Origin: Psammoneis japonica
Lineage: Eukaryota
Reading direction: 5' to 3'
Assembly (NCBI GenBank): GCA_008632985.1
Contig: QPGO01000099.1
Coordinates: forward strand, 227,679-291,678
Length of the DNA stretch: 64,000 nt
In this document: positions 39,201-51,479 of the stretch, piece by piece
Layout of the letters: each line of letters begins with the position of its first letter
Numbering within the stretch: position 1 is the stretch's first letter
The notes under the pieces: generated by a model
The model's database searches: none
Seen by the model: only the letters and a program-made list of their open reading frames with translations
Told to the model about the DNA's origin: nothing
Made by a program: the position numbers and the translations under genes

Positions 39201-40306
39201 TCTATCGTGATCTTGGTAGCCGTCCCGACTCATGAGTGACGGGCTAGTTCTAGAAGCATCACTTTCTCTTATGTGTGCAACTTTCGGAATTTGAAGTTCT
39301 GAACTCCCAAGCATCATCATACACCCGGACTTTCTTTTTTCGTAAGAATTTCTGAAAGACACTCACGTTGATCCTCTATTTGCTCTGCAGCGCTTGTCGT
39401 CCCAGCTTTTTGGTCTAAGATTTTGTCAATAAATACTTCTAATGTAGCTGATTTCAGGTGAAAACATCATGCTCTGTTCATTGGTAAGCCAAATCAGACA
39501 ACGCAGCCGCAATAAACACTCCCGACTCCCGAAACGCCATGGTGAATGAACCGCCATGTCGAGCGTCGCGCGCGTACGTCGCGTCATTGAGTCCGTCTGT
39601 CCACCCCCCGCTCCGTCTGTCCTTCACCTCAACACCGTACAGTACAGCAAGGAGCATTCAGCATGTGAGCATGGCGCACCATGATGATTCTTCGCAAGAA
39701 TCGCGACTCCACGAACTGCACTGTGTTTTACAGAATGGGGGTGTTCTAGAGATTTGATTTATCTAGGATGGGAGGTAGGGTGAGAGATTGAGCCAATGAT
39801 CAGTGACTTTGCGAGCGAAACTTGAAACCGAACAACCGAGTCATCCATGACTGGTTCGCGGTTTCTTCAACAATCACTGCAACTGCGCTTGCGCAAGAGC
39901 ATTTATGGAACTTGGGAAAGACTGCCATGGTAGTTAAGAAAATGTGATTGTTGTGGACAAAGAGGTGGCGGGTTTAGGAGAAAAGGAGAAGATTGATCTT
40001 GTCCTTCCCGCAAGCCACGAGTAGTCGCGGATCGCGGAGTGAAACGATGAATGAATCAAGCTCGTTATTTTTTTCGTCTGCAATCTTCCTGAGAGTGTCA
40101 CTCTGCTGGCATAATCGGATACATCCACAATCGTGGTGCAAACGCTGAGTGGATACAAGTACAAAAGAAGCCTCATACAGGTTCGTGTCTTCTTTACGAA
40201 AGCAGCAATTTCGTCGCTTTGACTATCTCCTGGTGAATCTAAATAAGTTTGTCTCTCTCTTTCATCCCCGAACAGTTCCAAGAGTCTCTATATTAATTCA
40301 AAAAAG

Positions 40307-43300
40307 ATGATTCGCAAGGTTGCAACGATGCTCGCCCTTGCTCTGATCGGCGCAACGAGCGCCCAACCTTCGCTGCTGCGGTGCTCATTTTCGAAGGATG
40401 ACTGTCCGAGGTCAAAGTGCGGCAGTTGCTCCACGATTGGCTGTGAAAATGTTGGATGCTGTGGCATGATCATTCGATTGTCGCAGTCAGCGGACTTCAC
40501 AAATATATATATTGCGGCGGCGTTCTTACTCTCTCGCTTCAATTGCTATTCTTCTCTTTCTGTTGTTAGTATCTTCAAGCTGTTTGGGATCATCAATCTT
40601 GGCAAAGAATGACGTCTCTTGCTTCCCTGGTCCTTTTTCTTTCAAAAGTAGGGAGAATTGTCGTGATGCCACCATCTCCGCTGGGGGAACTGTCACATGC
40701 GGTAGGGCTGCGCTTTGCGTTTCTGATGCTTCTTTTTCGAACAATGTGCCCTTTCTGACACACTCCGTTTCTGCTTCCTTCCCTTGCTGACTAGGCCATT
40801 TTAGCTGCCTTCATTCCACAATCTCGGCAAGAAAAGTTGACTGTCTTGGTGGAAGAAGCGGAAGCTGTATTGATGCGAAAATTACAGCTGATGAGGTACA
40901 TTGCCTCCCCTGTAGAGGTAAATTGCATGCGTGAGGACCTGAATGATATGGATGGCATTACGGTTGCTCACGTTTGCTCCTGTCGTTTTTCCAGGCTGTT
41001 GTCGTGGAGCCATTATCAAGGCGGACAACATCAGTTGCTTTGGATATAGTAAGTATTGCTTACCCGTCGCTTCTTTCTCTATGAATCGCGGGTCACTCAC
41101 AATTCTCGTGCGTCAAATGGTTCTTGCTCCAGGAGGCTGCGAAGGTGCCAAAATCTCCAAGGCGACCATGGTGAATTGCAGTAAGCCCGGTAAGTGCAAA
41201 TTACGGTTGCGAGTGATTTGGCTTGTCGTTGCTAGAAAGTGCAGTAGTCTGATCAATGCTTTGTTGTGTAGGTTTATCCAATTCTTGCGTGGATTCGGAA
41301 ATCAATGCAACCCAGGTCGACTGCCATGGTACGTTCAGAATAGTCTTCGTTGTGTCTCTATGTCTACGTGACGCAGACCATTATCTATACTCATCATCCT
41401 ATGCTTTGCGCTTATTCACCATCTCAGTTTCTGCAAGCTGTAAAGGTGCCTCCATAAGGGCAATGGCTGATATCGATTGCCAAAGTACGTCACTTTTCTC
41501 GAACTCCTCTTTGATCCTCAAAAGATTGTCAAATTTTCTCATCCTCGTTCAATCATGCGCAACTGGGGCTTCCAGGCAGTGATAGTTGCAGAGATGCCGC
41601 ACTTTTTGTATCAGCCCACGTCAACTGTAGCGGGGTCACGAGTTGCTCCAACGCCACAATCACAGCATCCGATGGTGTTGATTGCGTCGGTTCAAGTGCG
41701 TGCCAGCATTCCGATATCACGACAACAAAGAATCTAAGTTGTACTGGTCCTTCTAATACTTGCCACAATGCTACGCTCAGGGCAGCAAAAGTGGATTGTG
41801 CGGGTAAGGTTATTGAGTTTGAGCACAAGTGCAAAAGCATCGCTGATTTGACTTACGATTTTGTTTGTGTAAATAATTGATTTACTGAAGCAAATTGCTA
41901 CGGCGCCGAAATCGACGCCAATGAAGTCAATTGCTCTGGCACGTGTTCCAAAGCAACGATCACAGCTGATGAAGTCGACTGCTCTGGTACGCTTGAACTT
42001 GATATGATTGCTTGTCGTCAATTGCATGTCTCTCAGAGTTATTTATGTTGTGCGCGTTGAAGGTGATTGTCGTGGCGCCAAGATCAAATCGAGAAAAAGC
42101 AAAATTGAGTGCTCAGGTAAAACAAAATACGTTTGATTCTCTCTTCCTATCACATTTTCTTATTGTTCGAACACAATTATTCTCTCTATTAGACCTCTGG
42201 AGCTGTAAGGATGCCGAAATTAACGCAGACATTGTGGATTGCACGGGTACGTTTCATATGACCGTGTAAGTGCATTTCTCGCTTTTGGCGATCGTTTAAC
42301 CCGATTCATATTTCCACCCTTTTCAGGTCAAAATAGCTGTTACAACGCGAGTATCACAGCTCGATGCATAGGATGCAAAAAGGATGCTCGAGCGTGCACC
42401 GAATGCAACGCCAGGAATGGTGGGGGTTGTATCGAATACAGCTCCGACGAAACAATCGATGATGTGTGTCCAAAGGTCGAGCCGAAATGCGATCTTCAAC
42501 CTAAGTGCAAAAGCACGGCTCTTGCTATTGGTGGGAGTGGATCGGCAGCCGTTTCTGCATCTGATATTTTCGACGGAACGCTTTACGACTGCGGCAACGT
42601 GTCGCTCTCGGCAACCCCTCGCTCATTTACGTGTGACAATGTCGGGAACAATCTTGTGACACTTACGGCTGAGAGTCAGAGTGGCCAGTCAAGCTCGTGC
42701 GAGGCGACAGTCGCTGTTCAAGATGTCACGCGTCCTCGTGTATGGTGCACTTTGAAATCCATTAACCCTCGCCCTGGTAAATATTCCGTCATATTCGGAG
42801 CAACTGATAACTGTGGTGTTCAGTCTACCAATGCTATTATCACAGCTGGAGGGAAGGTCCGAAAGGTCCAAGCCGGCAGTAAGGTCTTCCTTGAAGAGAG
42901 CAAGAATGATAGGTGCCTGTTCAGGAAGAAGCCCAACGGTGATCTTAAGATCAAATGCGCAGGAAAAGTGGAATTGAAGGTTGTCGCTAGGGACACGGCC
43001 AACAACCGTCGCAGTTGCACCTCTGTTGTCATGCCTTCGACCAAATCCCTAGGACCCGTCCCCACCATGGCTCCAACCGCTCCCACCGACGTGGTTCTTG
43101 CCGCGGTCCGAGAGGCCATTGCCCAACAACCCTCAATCGCCTCGAGTCTCGACACGCTTCCGGATTTGGCGTCGGACTATGAAGGCATTTCCGACAATAC
43201 CGACTTTCCTCCCAATGCCCGAGCCATGTCGTGGCTCTTGTATCAAGATCCGATGCAACCCGGTCCGGGCAATCCTGAACTCGTGACGCGGTACGCGGCT

Positions 43301-43879
43301 GCCACACTTTACTACTCGACGGGCGGTCCGACGACTTGGACCAATCGAGGTTTGTGGCTCGAGGGCGATTCCATTTGTGATTGGAACGGGTTGTTTTGTG
43401 ACGTCTTTACGGGTCACAGAAAGGAAATTTCGCTGCGCAGCAACAATTTGGGAGGACAATTGCCCAATGAACTGGCACTGTTTCAAGACATGGAAGCCTT
43501 GGATGTGCGGCGCAATGCCATTACCGGTCCGCTTCCGGGACTAGCGTTGAGTGAGCTTCCGCGTTTGACAATTCTCTATGTGGACAATAACCAATTTACC
43601 GGAAGCATTCCCAGTATCTTGGGAGAACGAAATTTGTGTACGTGAATATCGATTGTTATTTCTGTGTTTGTTTAATAGTTGTGGTTTGCGCAGTACTGAC
43701 TTTTTCTTCTTGTTGTTTCTCTCGTTTTAGCCATTTTCTTTTCCCAAAACAACAACTTTACGAGAAGCTTTTTCCCATACACCTTTTGTGGAGATGACGG
43801 TTTGAACTTGAAGCAAGCGGGATTATCCTGCAGGGTGACGATTTGTTTCTGCTGCAAACGCGAGTTGCACTGCTTTTGA
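40307..43879 (+). CDS. Secreted multi-domain protein: micro-exon-encoded Cys repeats + HYR/Ig-like region + LRR domain
   Basis: Signal peptide MIRKVATMLALALIGATSA; ~16 C-xx-A-x-I-x-A-xx-V-x-C repeats on small exons; FTCDNVGNNLVTLTA..CEATVAVQD.T.P; diatom-type LRR cap RYAAATLYYSTGG..W..WL....C.WNGL.C followed by NNLGGQLPNEL repeats; terminal exon 43731-43879 ending C..CC....CF. Confidence 0.8.
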
Positions 43880-44040
43880 ATGCCTGGGGAAAGATGTTGT
43901 GTGAGAAATTTGTCCCACAAGAATTAAACGTGATCTTTGTGTTTTGCATGTTGGTTTGACGGAATGACTTGAATAAATTTTAAGAAAGAAATGTTGCTCT
44001 TGAACATGAGAGAATGAAGTTAAAGGTGTAGTTTTTAGGC

Positions 44041-44240
44041 ACGTCTATCAGCTACCGGTAGTAGAGAGGTTTTGGGAGATGTCCTCTACTCTCTAGCTCT
44101 ACTCTAGCTCTAGAGAGACTATGTGTACGTGTCTATCAGCTACCGGTAGTAGAGAGGTTTCTGGGAGGTGTCCTCTACTCTCTACTAGTGGCTAGCTCTA
44201 CTCTACTAGCTCTATTAGAGACTATGTGTGCTGTACGTGT
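44041..44240 (+). repeat. Two ~90-110-bp tandem units rich in CTCTA/CTAG with an internal hairpin
   Basis: GTCTATCAGCTACCGGTAGTAGAGAGGTTT..GGGAG.TGTCCTCTACTCTCTA..TAGAGA(GA)CTATGTGT occurs twice. Confidence 0.9.
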
Positions 44241-45600
44241 CTGTGCTTTTGACGCCTTCTGGACATTGGGCCTGGAGTGCATCGTTCGTGTCCCTTGCGG
44301 AGAAACTCTCCAACATGCCGATTGTTTTAAAAGCTCAAACATCGATGAGAGTGGCAGGAGTGTGTTGGAACAGCAGGAATGATGGGCAATTCAGGAAAAC
44401 CCAGGCACATCACAAGAAAGAAGAAATTGTGAACACTGACGTGGAAGACTGGGTGACTGTTTTTGTTTCTGACTTATCATTGCTGATCTCTCTCAACTCT
44501 CAGTTCATCTCATTCTTTGGAGCAAATTGTTTGGCATGTGTGATTTTGTGAGTGGCATCACCAGACACCCGGCACCTGCTCCACCGTCAGTTTAAATTTT
44601 GTTTGGGGGGGGGCAGCACAAGCAGCCAAGGCAAGTGTGACAAGGACACAGGAAGTTTTGCAAGATTTTCTTTTGACGGCATTGACTCACACTGGTGGTT
44701 CAACAGCTCCATGCTGCTGTGTGTGAAAATTGACCCCCCACATTTTCAGCCAAATGCTCCCATGTTGACAGACAAAAAGAATTCAAACACAAGGTTGTTG
44801 ACACCTTTGAAGGTCGTGGGTGGAGGTCAACATCAGTTGCAAGAAGCCAGGTGCTGAAATTTAGTTTTCTCACACTTGCCCATGCAGCGAAGGTGCCTTT
44901 TGAAAAGCCAGCTCCATTTTTAAAATTTGTGCGCCATCAGCTGTGCCTGCCTGTTGCACACTTGTGCAAGACATTGGCAGCACAAAGGGCAGTTGAACAA
45001 CAATGCTCATCTCTTGGGAATTTCAGGCTCCAACAGGGGTCAAAGTCTGCCCAATTCTTCCAACAATTTTGAGTGGAGCGGGTCATGCAGGACTCAAATC
45101 TCGCGTGACTTGGGGCATGACAAAGGGAAATTGACCCTTTCTCAACACCAAAGTGGATGATGACATCACCACAACACAAAACCTTGGTCTCATGCTCTTC
45201 AAACCAATGTCTTGTGTGAGTGCAACAGGCGTGCATTGTTCCCAGCACATCAGGTCGTGTTGTTTGAGGGTGGAAGTGGCTTTTTGCAGAGCACCTTCAT
45301 TGCACGTAAAAGCACAAGGGATGAATTTTAGTGACAGCTCTGCATCTGATGCAACTGTCTGCTTGTGACCCCATGAGTTGTCGGGAACTTTGCATTTGCA
45401 ATGTGCGTTGTTGGGCACACATGTGTGTGTGTTGACATTGTTCCGTTTCAATCGCACGTCAACAGTGGGTTTGTGCAAAGGACAGATCAGTCACACAGAA
45501 TTGATCGGATGTCGGAAATTGCAAGTGCGATTGCATGACGATGTTGACATCTTGGGTGTCAATGGCAATCGCATCCGGACAACTGTTGTCACGAACATGT
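44240..45600. other. TpA/CpG-depleted block 3
   Basis: Same composition as blocks 1 and 2; begins immediately after the TA-rich tandem repeat. Confidence 0.8.
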
Positions 45601-45927
45601 CGAATAACCCACTGATTTCTATTGTTCGTAGGACCTGCGGGAAGTCACCCCTGAGCGAAAGTCTCTGAGGAAATGGCACCCCTGAGTTGTAATAAAAACA
45701 TTTATGTTTGAATAAATCATAACTTTTTATAAAAGGATATTCGGGCTTAGATACATCGCATGTGATGTCTCCACTGCTGGCTCAGAACCTTTTGCTTTTC
45801 AATTTTTTCAACGAAACGATCCAGTGTGATTGCGACGATGACACCTCTAGCTAGAGGGAGCGACATATTGCGACTTGCAACTGCATATCTATATCATCGT
45901 TTTGGAGTACTTTAGACGTTGGTTATC

Positions 45928-47593
45928 ATGGTGGAATCAGATTGCGAATCTTGCGGGTGGATAGGTAAGAAAAGACAGTGTGTGCTCTCGATGAGGAAAA
46001 GAGACGCTACTACACATGACTTATGCCCATTCATGCTGATTTCTGCCGTTGCTTATGTTCAGCGGCAATTCTCTCCATCATTGCCTTTGGTTCGTTTGGT
46101 GCTCCAATCAAAAGTGACGCTGCCAACAGTGTGGATATCGACCCGTTGGTGTTTCAGAGCTACAAGACATTTATGTGTTTCGTGACGTCTTGGATTGTTC
46201 TATTCTTTGGTAAGAGAGTATGATGCGTGTTTCGCTCTGTAAAAGCCATCATGGCCTCTAAATCTAACTGTCGAATGCCCCCGTTTCGTAGGTCAAGAAT
46301 TCACATTTACACCGTGGGGAATTGTATCGGGACTTTTCTGGGTACCTGGAGGAGTTGCAACAGTTTATGCAGTGAGAACTGCTGGCCTAGCAATTGCGAT
46401 TGGAATTGGTTCTAGCTTTATCGTACTGGTACGTTGGCAATGTGGCAAATGCTTTTGGCAAATAACGGTACTCGTTTCAGCCATCAGATCTTACCTTGCA
46501 CGATACTCTTTAGGTTTCTTTTATTTGGGGGATATTCATCTTTGATGAAACTGTGCGATCCAGATTTGGAGCTTGTGTTGCGGTGTCGCTCATGATGACT
46601 GGTCTGTGGGGAATGAGTTATTACTCGTCACCCGAGACAAACGACAGCTTGCAAATGATTGGTACAGACGTGAATGCTCAAGTCACAGCTGGCACTTCTT
46701 TAGGGTACCAGGGCGTCGTCGATCACGACGAGAACGATGAACAGGAAAGTGCAGATTCTGCGGAGGAGTTGTCAAGCGAGAACAACAATACCGAGGCAGT
46801 GTCTTACCCAATGGAGTTGGGTCGTTCCGAAACTAGTGATGAGTCTACGCAGCCACCAAGGGTCCATATTGTTGCTAGTCCGACTGATAAGGTTCACATA
46901 TGCGGCTTTTCTGTAACTCGTCGCAAGTTGGGGATCGCGGCTGCTGTGTTCAACCGCGTGTGGGGAGGGAGCATCATGGTGCCCATGCAATGGTCTGGGT
47001 ACGTTACGGTGGTTGCTAGAGAGTCGCTTGAAACGGAATGCACTTTTGCTTATTCTTTGCACGTTTGTCACTTTCAATTACGCCAGAGATGATGCAAAGG
47101 GGATTGGTTACGTGATTAGTTTTTCGATTGGTGCTTCCATCATTACGCTGATACTCTGGTTGCTACGTTTTCTCTTTCACTTTTGCCGGACTCGAAGTAC
47201 AAAGCGGGCATTGCATGCATTGCCTTCTCTTCACATTCGAGTCATGTGGTTGGCTGGAGGTTTGTCGGGGACATTATGGAGCATTGGTAATTTCTTTTCG
47301 ATGATCTCGGTGGAATATCTCGGTGAAGGTGTTGGGTACAGTGTCGTCCAAACAGCCATGCTTGTTAGTGGTCTCTGGGGTATATTCTACTTTCGTGAGG
47401 TCGTGGGGACAGCTACGATTGGTAAATGGTTCGCGAGTGCGTTTTTGACGATTTGCGGTGAGTGCCACTAATCGGTCAGAGTTCCGAATGTTGCCAGGCG
47501 TACTAACCCAATGTCCTTGCGTTGACGCCCTTGTGACCGATAGGTATTTTGCTTCTAAGCTACGAGCATCACAAGCCTTCCACATCTGATTAA
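45928..47593 (+). CDS. TMEM144-like (DMT superfamily) transporter, multi-exon
   Basis: AFGSFGAPIK..DPLVFQSYK, FTPWGIVSGLFW, AGLAIAIGIGS and AGGLSGTLWSIGN..LGEGVGY..QTAMLVSGLWGIFYFRE; about five short introns. Confidence 0.85.
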
Positions 47594-48822
47594 TGTGCAT
47601 TGCTACTTCTCTAGAGGTGGGGATCAATCGAATCACAGCCACCTTTGATCTACCCCTTTTGATTGTCATGACCACGTTACTCCTTCAACCCACAGCTGCC
47701 GTTCTACCTTCCCGTCTTTGTTTCTTCCTAGAGTTATCCATATGCACCAAGTTAAACCGTTCGTAACACCCGTCGTTCCGTGTTGGCCCGTAATTATTCG
47801 GAACGGCACACCAGCTTTGAAAGCTTGCAACAGTCGCCGCCGGTTGATTCGTGAGCGACCCATTATAGTTTGGCTACCTTTAATATTCCCGATGCTAGCA
47901 CTAACAACATGGCCGGGAGAGGTTGAGGAGGCATTATTGATGACTCGATGAAAAACATCTTCGCAGCTAGAGGAGTGAGCAAGATATTATGAAGGAAAAG
48001 TTTGCAATATATTGTGCAAGACGTTACCGGTAGCTCTTTTGAGTTTTCTTGCAGAAAATAAGAGTATGAAGAATTTCTTGGGATATGGGCTTTGCACTGC
48101 AGAGCGGCATCGCTTGGATTAGGTATGCCGCCATTGTGTGCTCCCCTACTTTTCCTGAATCACCATAGCCTTTCGTGCAACTGGGAGCGGAAGAAGAAAG
48201 CAATATACTTTGTCTCTCGTTTGTCTGCACCTTTCTCGTGTGATTTGCCAATGTTTTGTTGGCATTTGTTTTTGGCGCAGGAGCTCTTGTTTCTTCTTTT
48301 TGTCGCGACTCGCCAAATCAGACTCGATGTGATTCGCAAACTGCACCGTGGCACTTGTCTCACATTTTCCATGATGAGGACATGATGGTGGAAGCTGCCA
48401 CATGTGGACAATCCGGAGTCGTCATTTGGCACCGCTGGATCGCCCGCTCCAAACATGGGAGTGCGATGCCGATTTGAACAAACGACAAAAGAACGAGCGA
48501 CTGGCATGAAGTGTTGTGCGGAGTTGCAGCCTGCTGTCATCCTAACTTCGATCAGTGTCAAGTCCAGCAAGAGAGATGAGCAGTGGAAACAAACGTCATG
48601 CATCCTGAATCGCAACCTTGCACCCATTCTTTTGAGTCCCGCGAGATCCGCGACCCGCATGGAATTCAGCCTTGACTTGAGACACGCCACGCCGCGCCCT
48701 TGCGCGACCCACTCAAAGTACGTCCGCCCATCATTGATGACGACCGCTCCTCTCAGCTCGCACCATGACACACGACACACCACATTAACATGCATGCAAC
48801 CTCTTCCTAAAGTAACATAAGA

Positions 48823-49821
48823 ATGGGTTCAACACTTGCGTCTTCTTCTGCTTATATGGCATCATCAGTTCCACGTTCTATTGAAAAGGTAGTACCTTGT
48901 ACGCCAGGAACGGTGAATCGACTGATTGGAACGGTGGATATCGACGGCAAGGGCACGACGCATGATGCGCTCGCCGACTGCGATCCGTGCATGCTCTTGG
49001 ATCAAGGCACCATTACCAAGAACAACATGCCTCCCTTTGGTGCACATCCTCATCGTGGTCATTCCGTCGTGACAGTTCTTATGCAAGGATCCATGACGAG
49101 TTGGGATTCCTTTACAAACAGCAAAACCACAATTACGGGTCCTTCTGCGTATTGGGTGAATGCAGGATCGGGCGTCTTTCACGATGAAGTAACAGTCATT
49201 GAGGATGAATCCGATCCAAAGCAACACGTGTCACTATTTCAGTTGTGGGTTGGAGTGAAGGAAGTAGATCGTCAGAAACAAGCCACCCTGAGTTGGGCCA
49301 AGGATTTGCCTGTACAGAAACTCATGGAGGAGGACGGTCAAGAGATTGGAAACATTATTTATTATGTGGGCGGAACTACCACGGAACTCGATATTCCTAG
49401 ACCACTGACTGTGGCACAAGTTTGTCAACAGGCTGGAACCACCTATAAGTTTCCAATTCCCTCCGATCATACAGGCTTCATTGTAAATCTGAGTGGAGCG
49501 CCAAATGTCGATTCCAAATCCAAGCCAGCGTCGTTTGGCGGAACGACACCTACGAAACTCAATGACGTGTTGGTATTGAGTAAGGACGGTAATCACATTG
49601 AGATTGTATCCGACACGAATCATCCTACGGATTATCTAGTTTGTGTCGGAGAACCCCATGGCGAGCCTTGGAGTAAAAAGCTCGTGGCCAACGGAGCTGT
49701 TATTGCCAAGTCTCCTGAAGAGGCTCAAGAGATTGCAGCCAAGGTGGAAGAAATGTCCAAGCGAGGCAAGGAGACTGGAGACTTTTCTCCCTTTGGGATG
49801 AAACCAATGGCAAAAGAATAA
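48823..49821 (+). CDS. Pirin family cupin protein
   Basis: DPCMLLD, FGAHPHRGHSVVT, WVNAGSGVFHDE, FQLWV and GEPHGEP. Confidence 0.92.
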   Translation: MGSTLASSSAYMASSVPRSIEKVVPCTPGTVNRLIGTVDIDGKGTTHDALADCDPCMLLDQGTITKNNMPPFGAHPHRGHSVVTVLMQGSMTSWDSFTNSKTTITGPSAYWVNAGSGVFHDEVTVIEDESDPKQHVSLFQLWVGVKEVDRQKQATLSWAKDLPVQKLMEEDGQEIGNIIYYVGGTTTELDIPRPLTVAQVCQQAGTTYKFPIPSDHTGFIVNLSGAPNVDSKSKPASFGGTTPTKLNDVLVLSKDGNHIEIVSDTNHPTDYLVCVGEPHGEPWSKKLVANGAVIAKSPEEAQEIAAKVEEMSKRGKETGDFSPFGMKPMAKE

Positions 49822-49925
49822 GTTGATGTCGCGATATACTCTAAATGTTTCATTCGTTCATATGAAAACAACAACACACCATTGTTGGAAATCTACAATA
49901 CACTCAAACTATATTACCACTACGA

Positions 49926-50809
49926 TTACTCATACAAAGACAGAAACACAAAGCGAGGAATGCAGTCTGAATTTCCTGAAATTTCAGCCCTACCAATAAC
50001 GGAAAGCTCGTTCGTACTGGGCTTGAAGCGGACCGTCACGGTGTATCCAAGATGAAGTTCCAAGCCCTCGCGAGAAAAGTGATGCTTCAGACTCTCTTTA
50101 TCCGATGACGAGATTCCAAAAATCTTCTTTGAGGCACACTCTTTTGTATAAAAGGCTCCCCTTTTACAAAAGGTTTCAAGCTTAACGTCGTATGGACGAC
50201 CTACAAGAGCTGCAAAGGTTTGGGGTTGGACACCGGGAACATCAATGCGCCAATTCTTTATTGGTGCTCCGGATGCTTCAAAGCCCAACTGCTTCCTTGC
50301 TGCTTTCAACAAGCAGGCTCGAAACCCTTTCATTGCCTTGGTGTCTGGGGCAACGGTGACGTGCTGCTGCTTGGCTGTCATGAGTTTGGCATGTGCTTCC
50401 TTTTCCTTCAGTCGCGTCTTGGCCTCTCGTTTGTAACGGGCTTGCAGCTTCTCCCTCAATCCTGAACGACCGTGTTTACGCAAAGCGGCACCAAGCAAAT
50501 GGCCACGGTTATAATACTTGACGGGTGGACCGATACCAATACCGCCTCCGCCCTCCGACTCGTACTGCAAGTGGGATAAATCTTGAGGAGTAAGAAAGTA
50601 CTCCTTCTTGCCTCAGTAGTAGGAATCCATTCCTCGCTATTCTCATTGACCAAAGAGGTCAACAAGTCGTGTGGAACATAAATTTCGTCTTGGGTTGATT
50701 TGGGTTTTCTTGCGTTGGTCTTTGGCGAGCGAGATGCGGGTTGCTTCGTCTTCTTCCTCGCTGCCCTCTCGCCAGCTTTGACACTTGCAAAGGCACTCTT
50801 GCTTGACAT
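49926..50809 (-). CDS. XPA C-terminal-like domain protein (frameshift at ~50610)
   Basis: WIPTTEA..EYFLTPQDL..GGGIGIGPPVKYY..A.LRKHG; paralogue of 57372-58151. Confidence 0.65.
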
Positions 50810-51479
50810 GATTAGACCGAGTTAGACTTCTACCGTATGATGCCTTGAGTTCTTCTGCTATTAGCAGACCGTGCAAAGAAGGTTGGTTGTGCGATCGATT
50901 GTTGGCGAAAGTTGTGGTGAAAACTTTTGTCAAACGACTACTTTTTCGAGTTTTTCGGAGGACTCTCTCTCTCTAGACCTAGCTAGACCTACTAGCGATT
51001 GTTTTCCGGGTGCCCCTCGGAAACAAGATTGACGAGTCACGCACGAGTGAGTCACGCACATTCGTGACTGAAACCAACAAGCACATACCGAACGAAAGTT
51101 GATTTGAATCGGATTTTATTGTATTGGTAATGATTGCGGACCACTTTGAAGTTCGTTGCGTGGTCTCTCGCTTTTCATCTCTCTGCCATTATGAATCACC
51201 CTACTCCAGCTCTATTCTCAGTTCTACTTTGGCTGCAAATGAGTGACTCTTTACCTTTTAACCGGCACGATTTGGCTTAGCCAAAGAGCAGAGAATATGT
51301 TTTCCACCGATCTTAGCTACCGGGAACTTGATGCATTCAAATGACACACTCAGGGGGGGAGCACCGGCACCCCGAAAGCCAACCGCTAGACTGCTTACTG
51401 CTTTTCTACTCTCAACATTCTACTGGTACGTCACTCATGAGTCAAGACGGCTACCACGATCGCGATGGTCGTCACGATG

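Larger units (their letters stand above)
35341..39500 (+). repeat. Left arm of a large inverted segmental duplication (partner 51260-54438)
   Basis: AGGGGCAATTCATA.. at 35341 pairs with ..TATGAATTGCCCCT at 54438. ORF-X, the CDC48-3'UTR copy and the HA-helicase occur in mirrored order. Confidence 0.9.

Noticed and set aside
47666..48820. Overlapping ORFs upstream of pirin
   Set aside because: No coding signature or domain recognised; likely intergenic.
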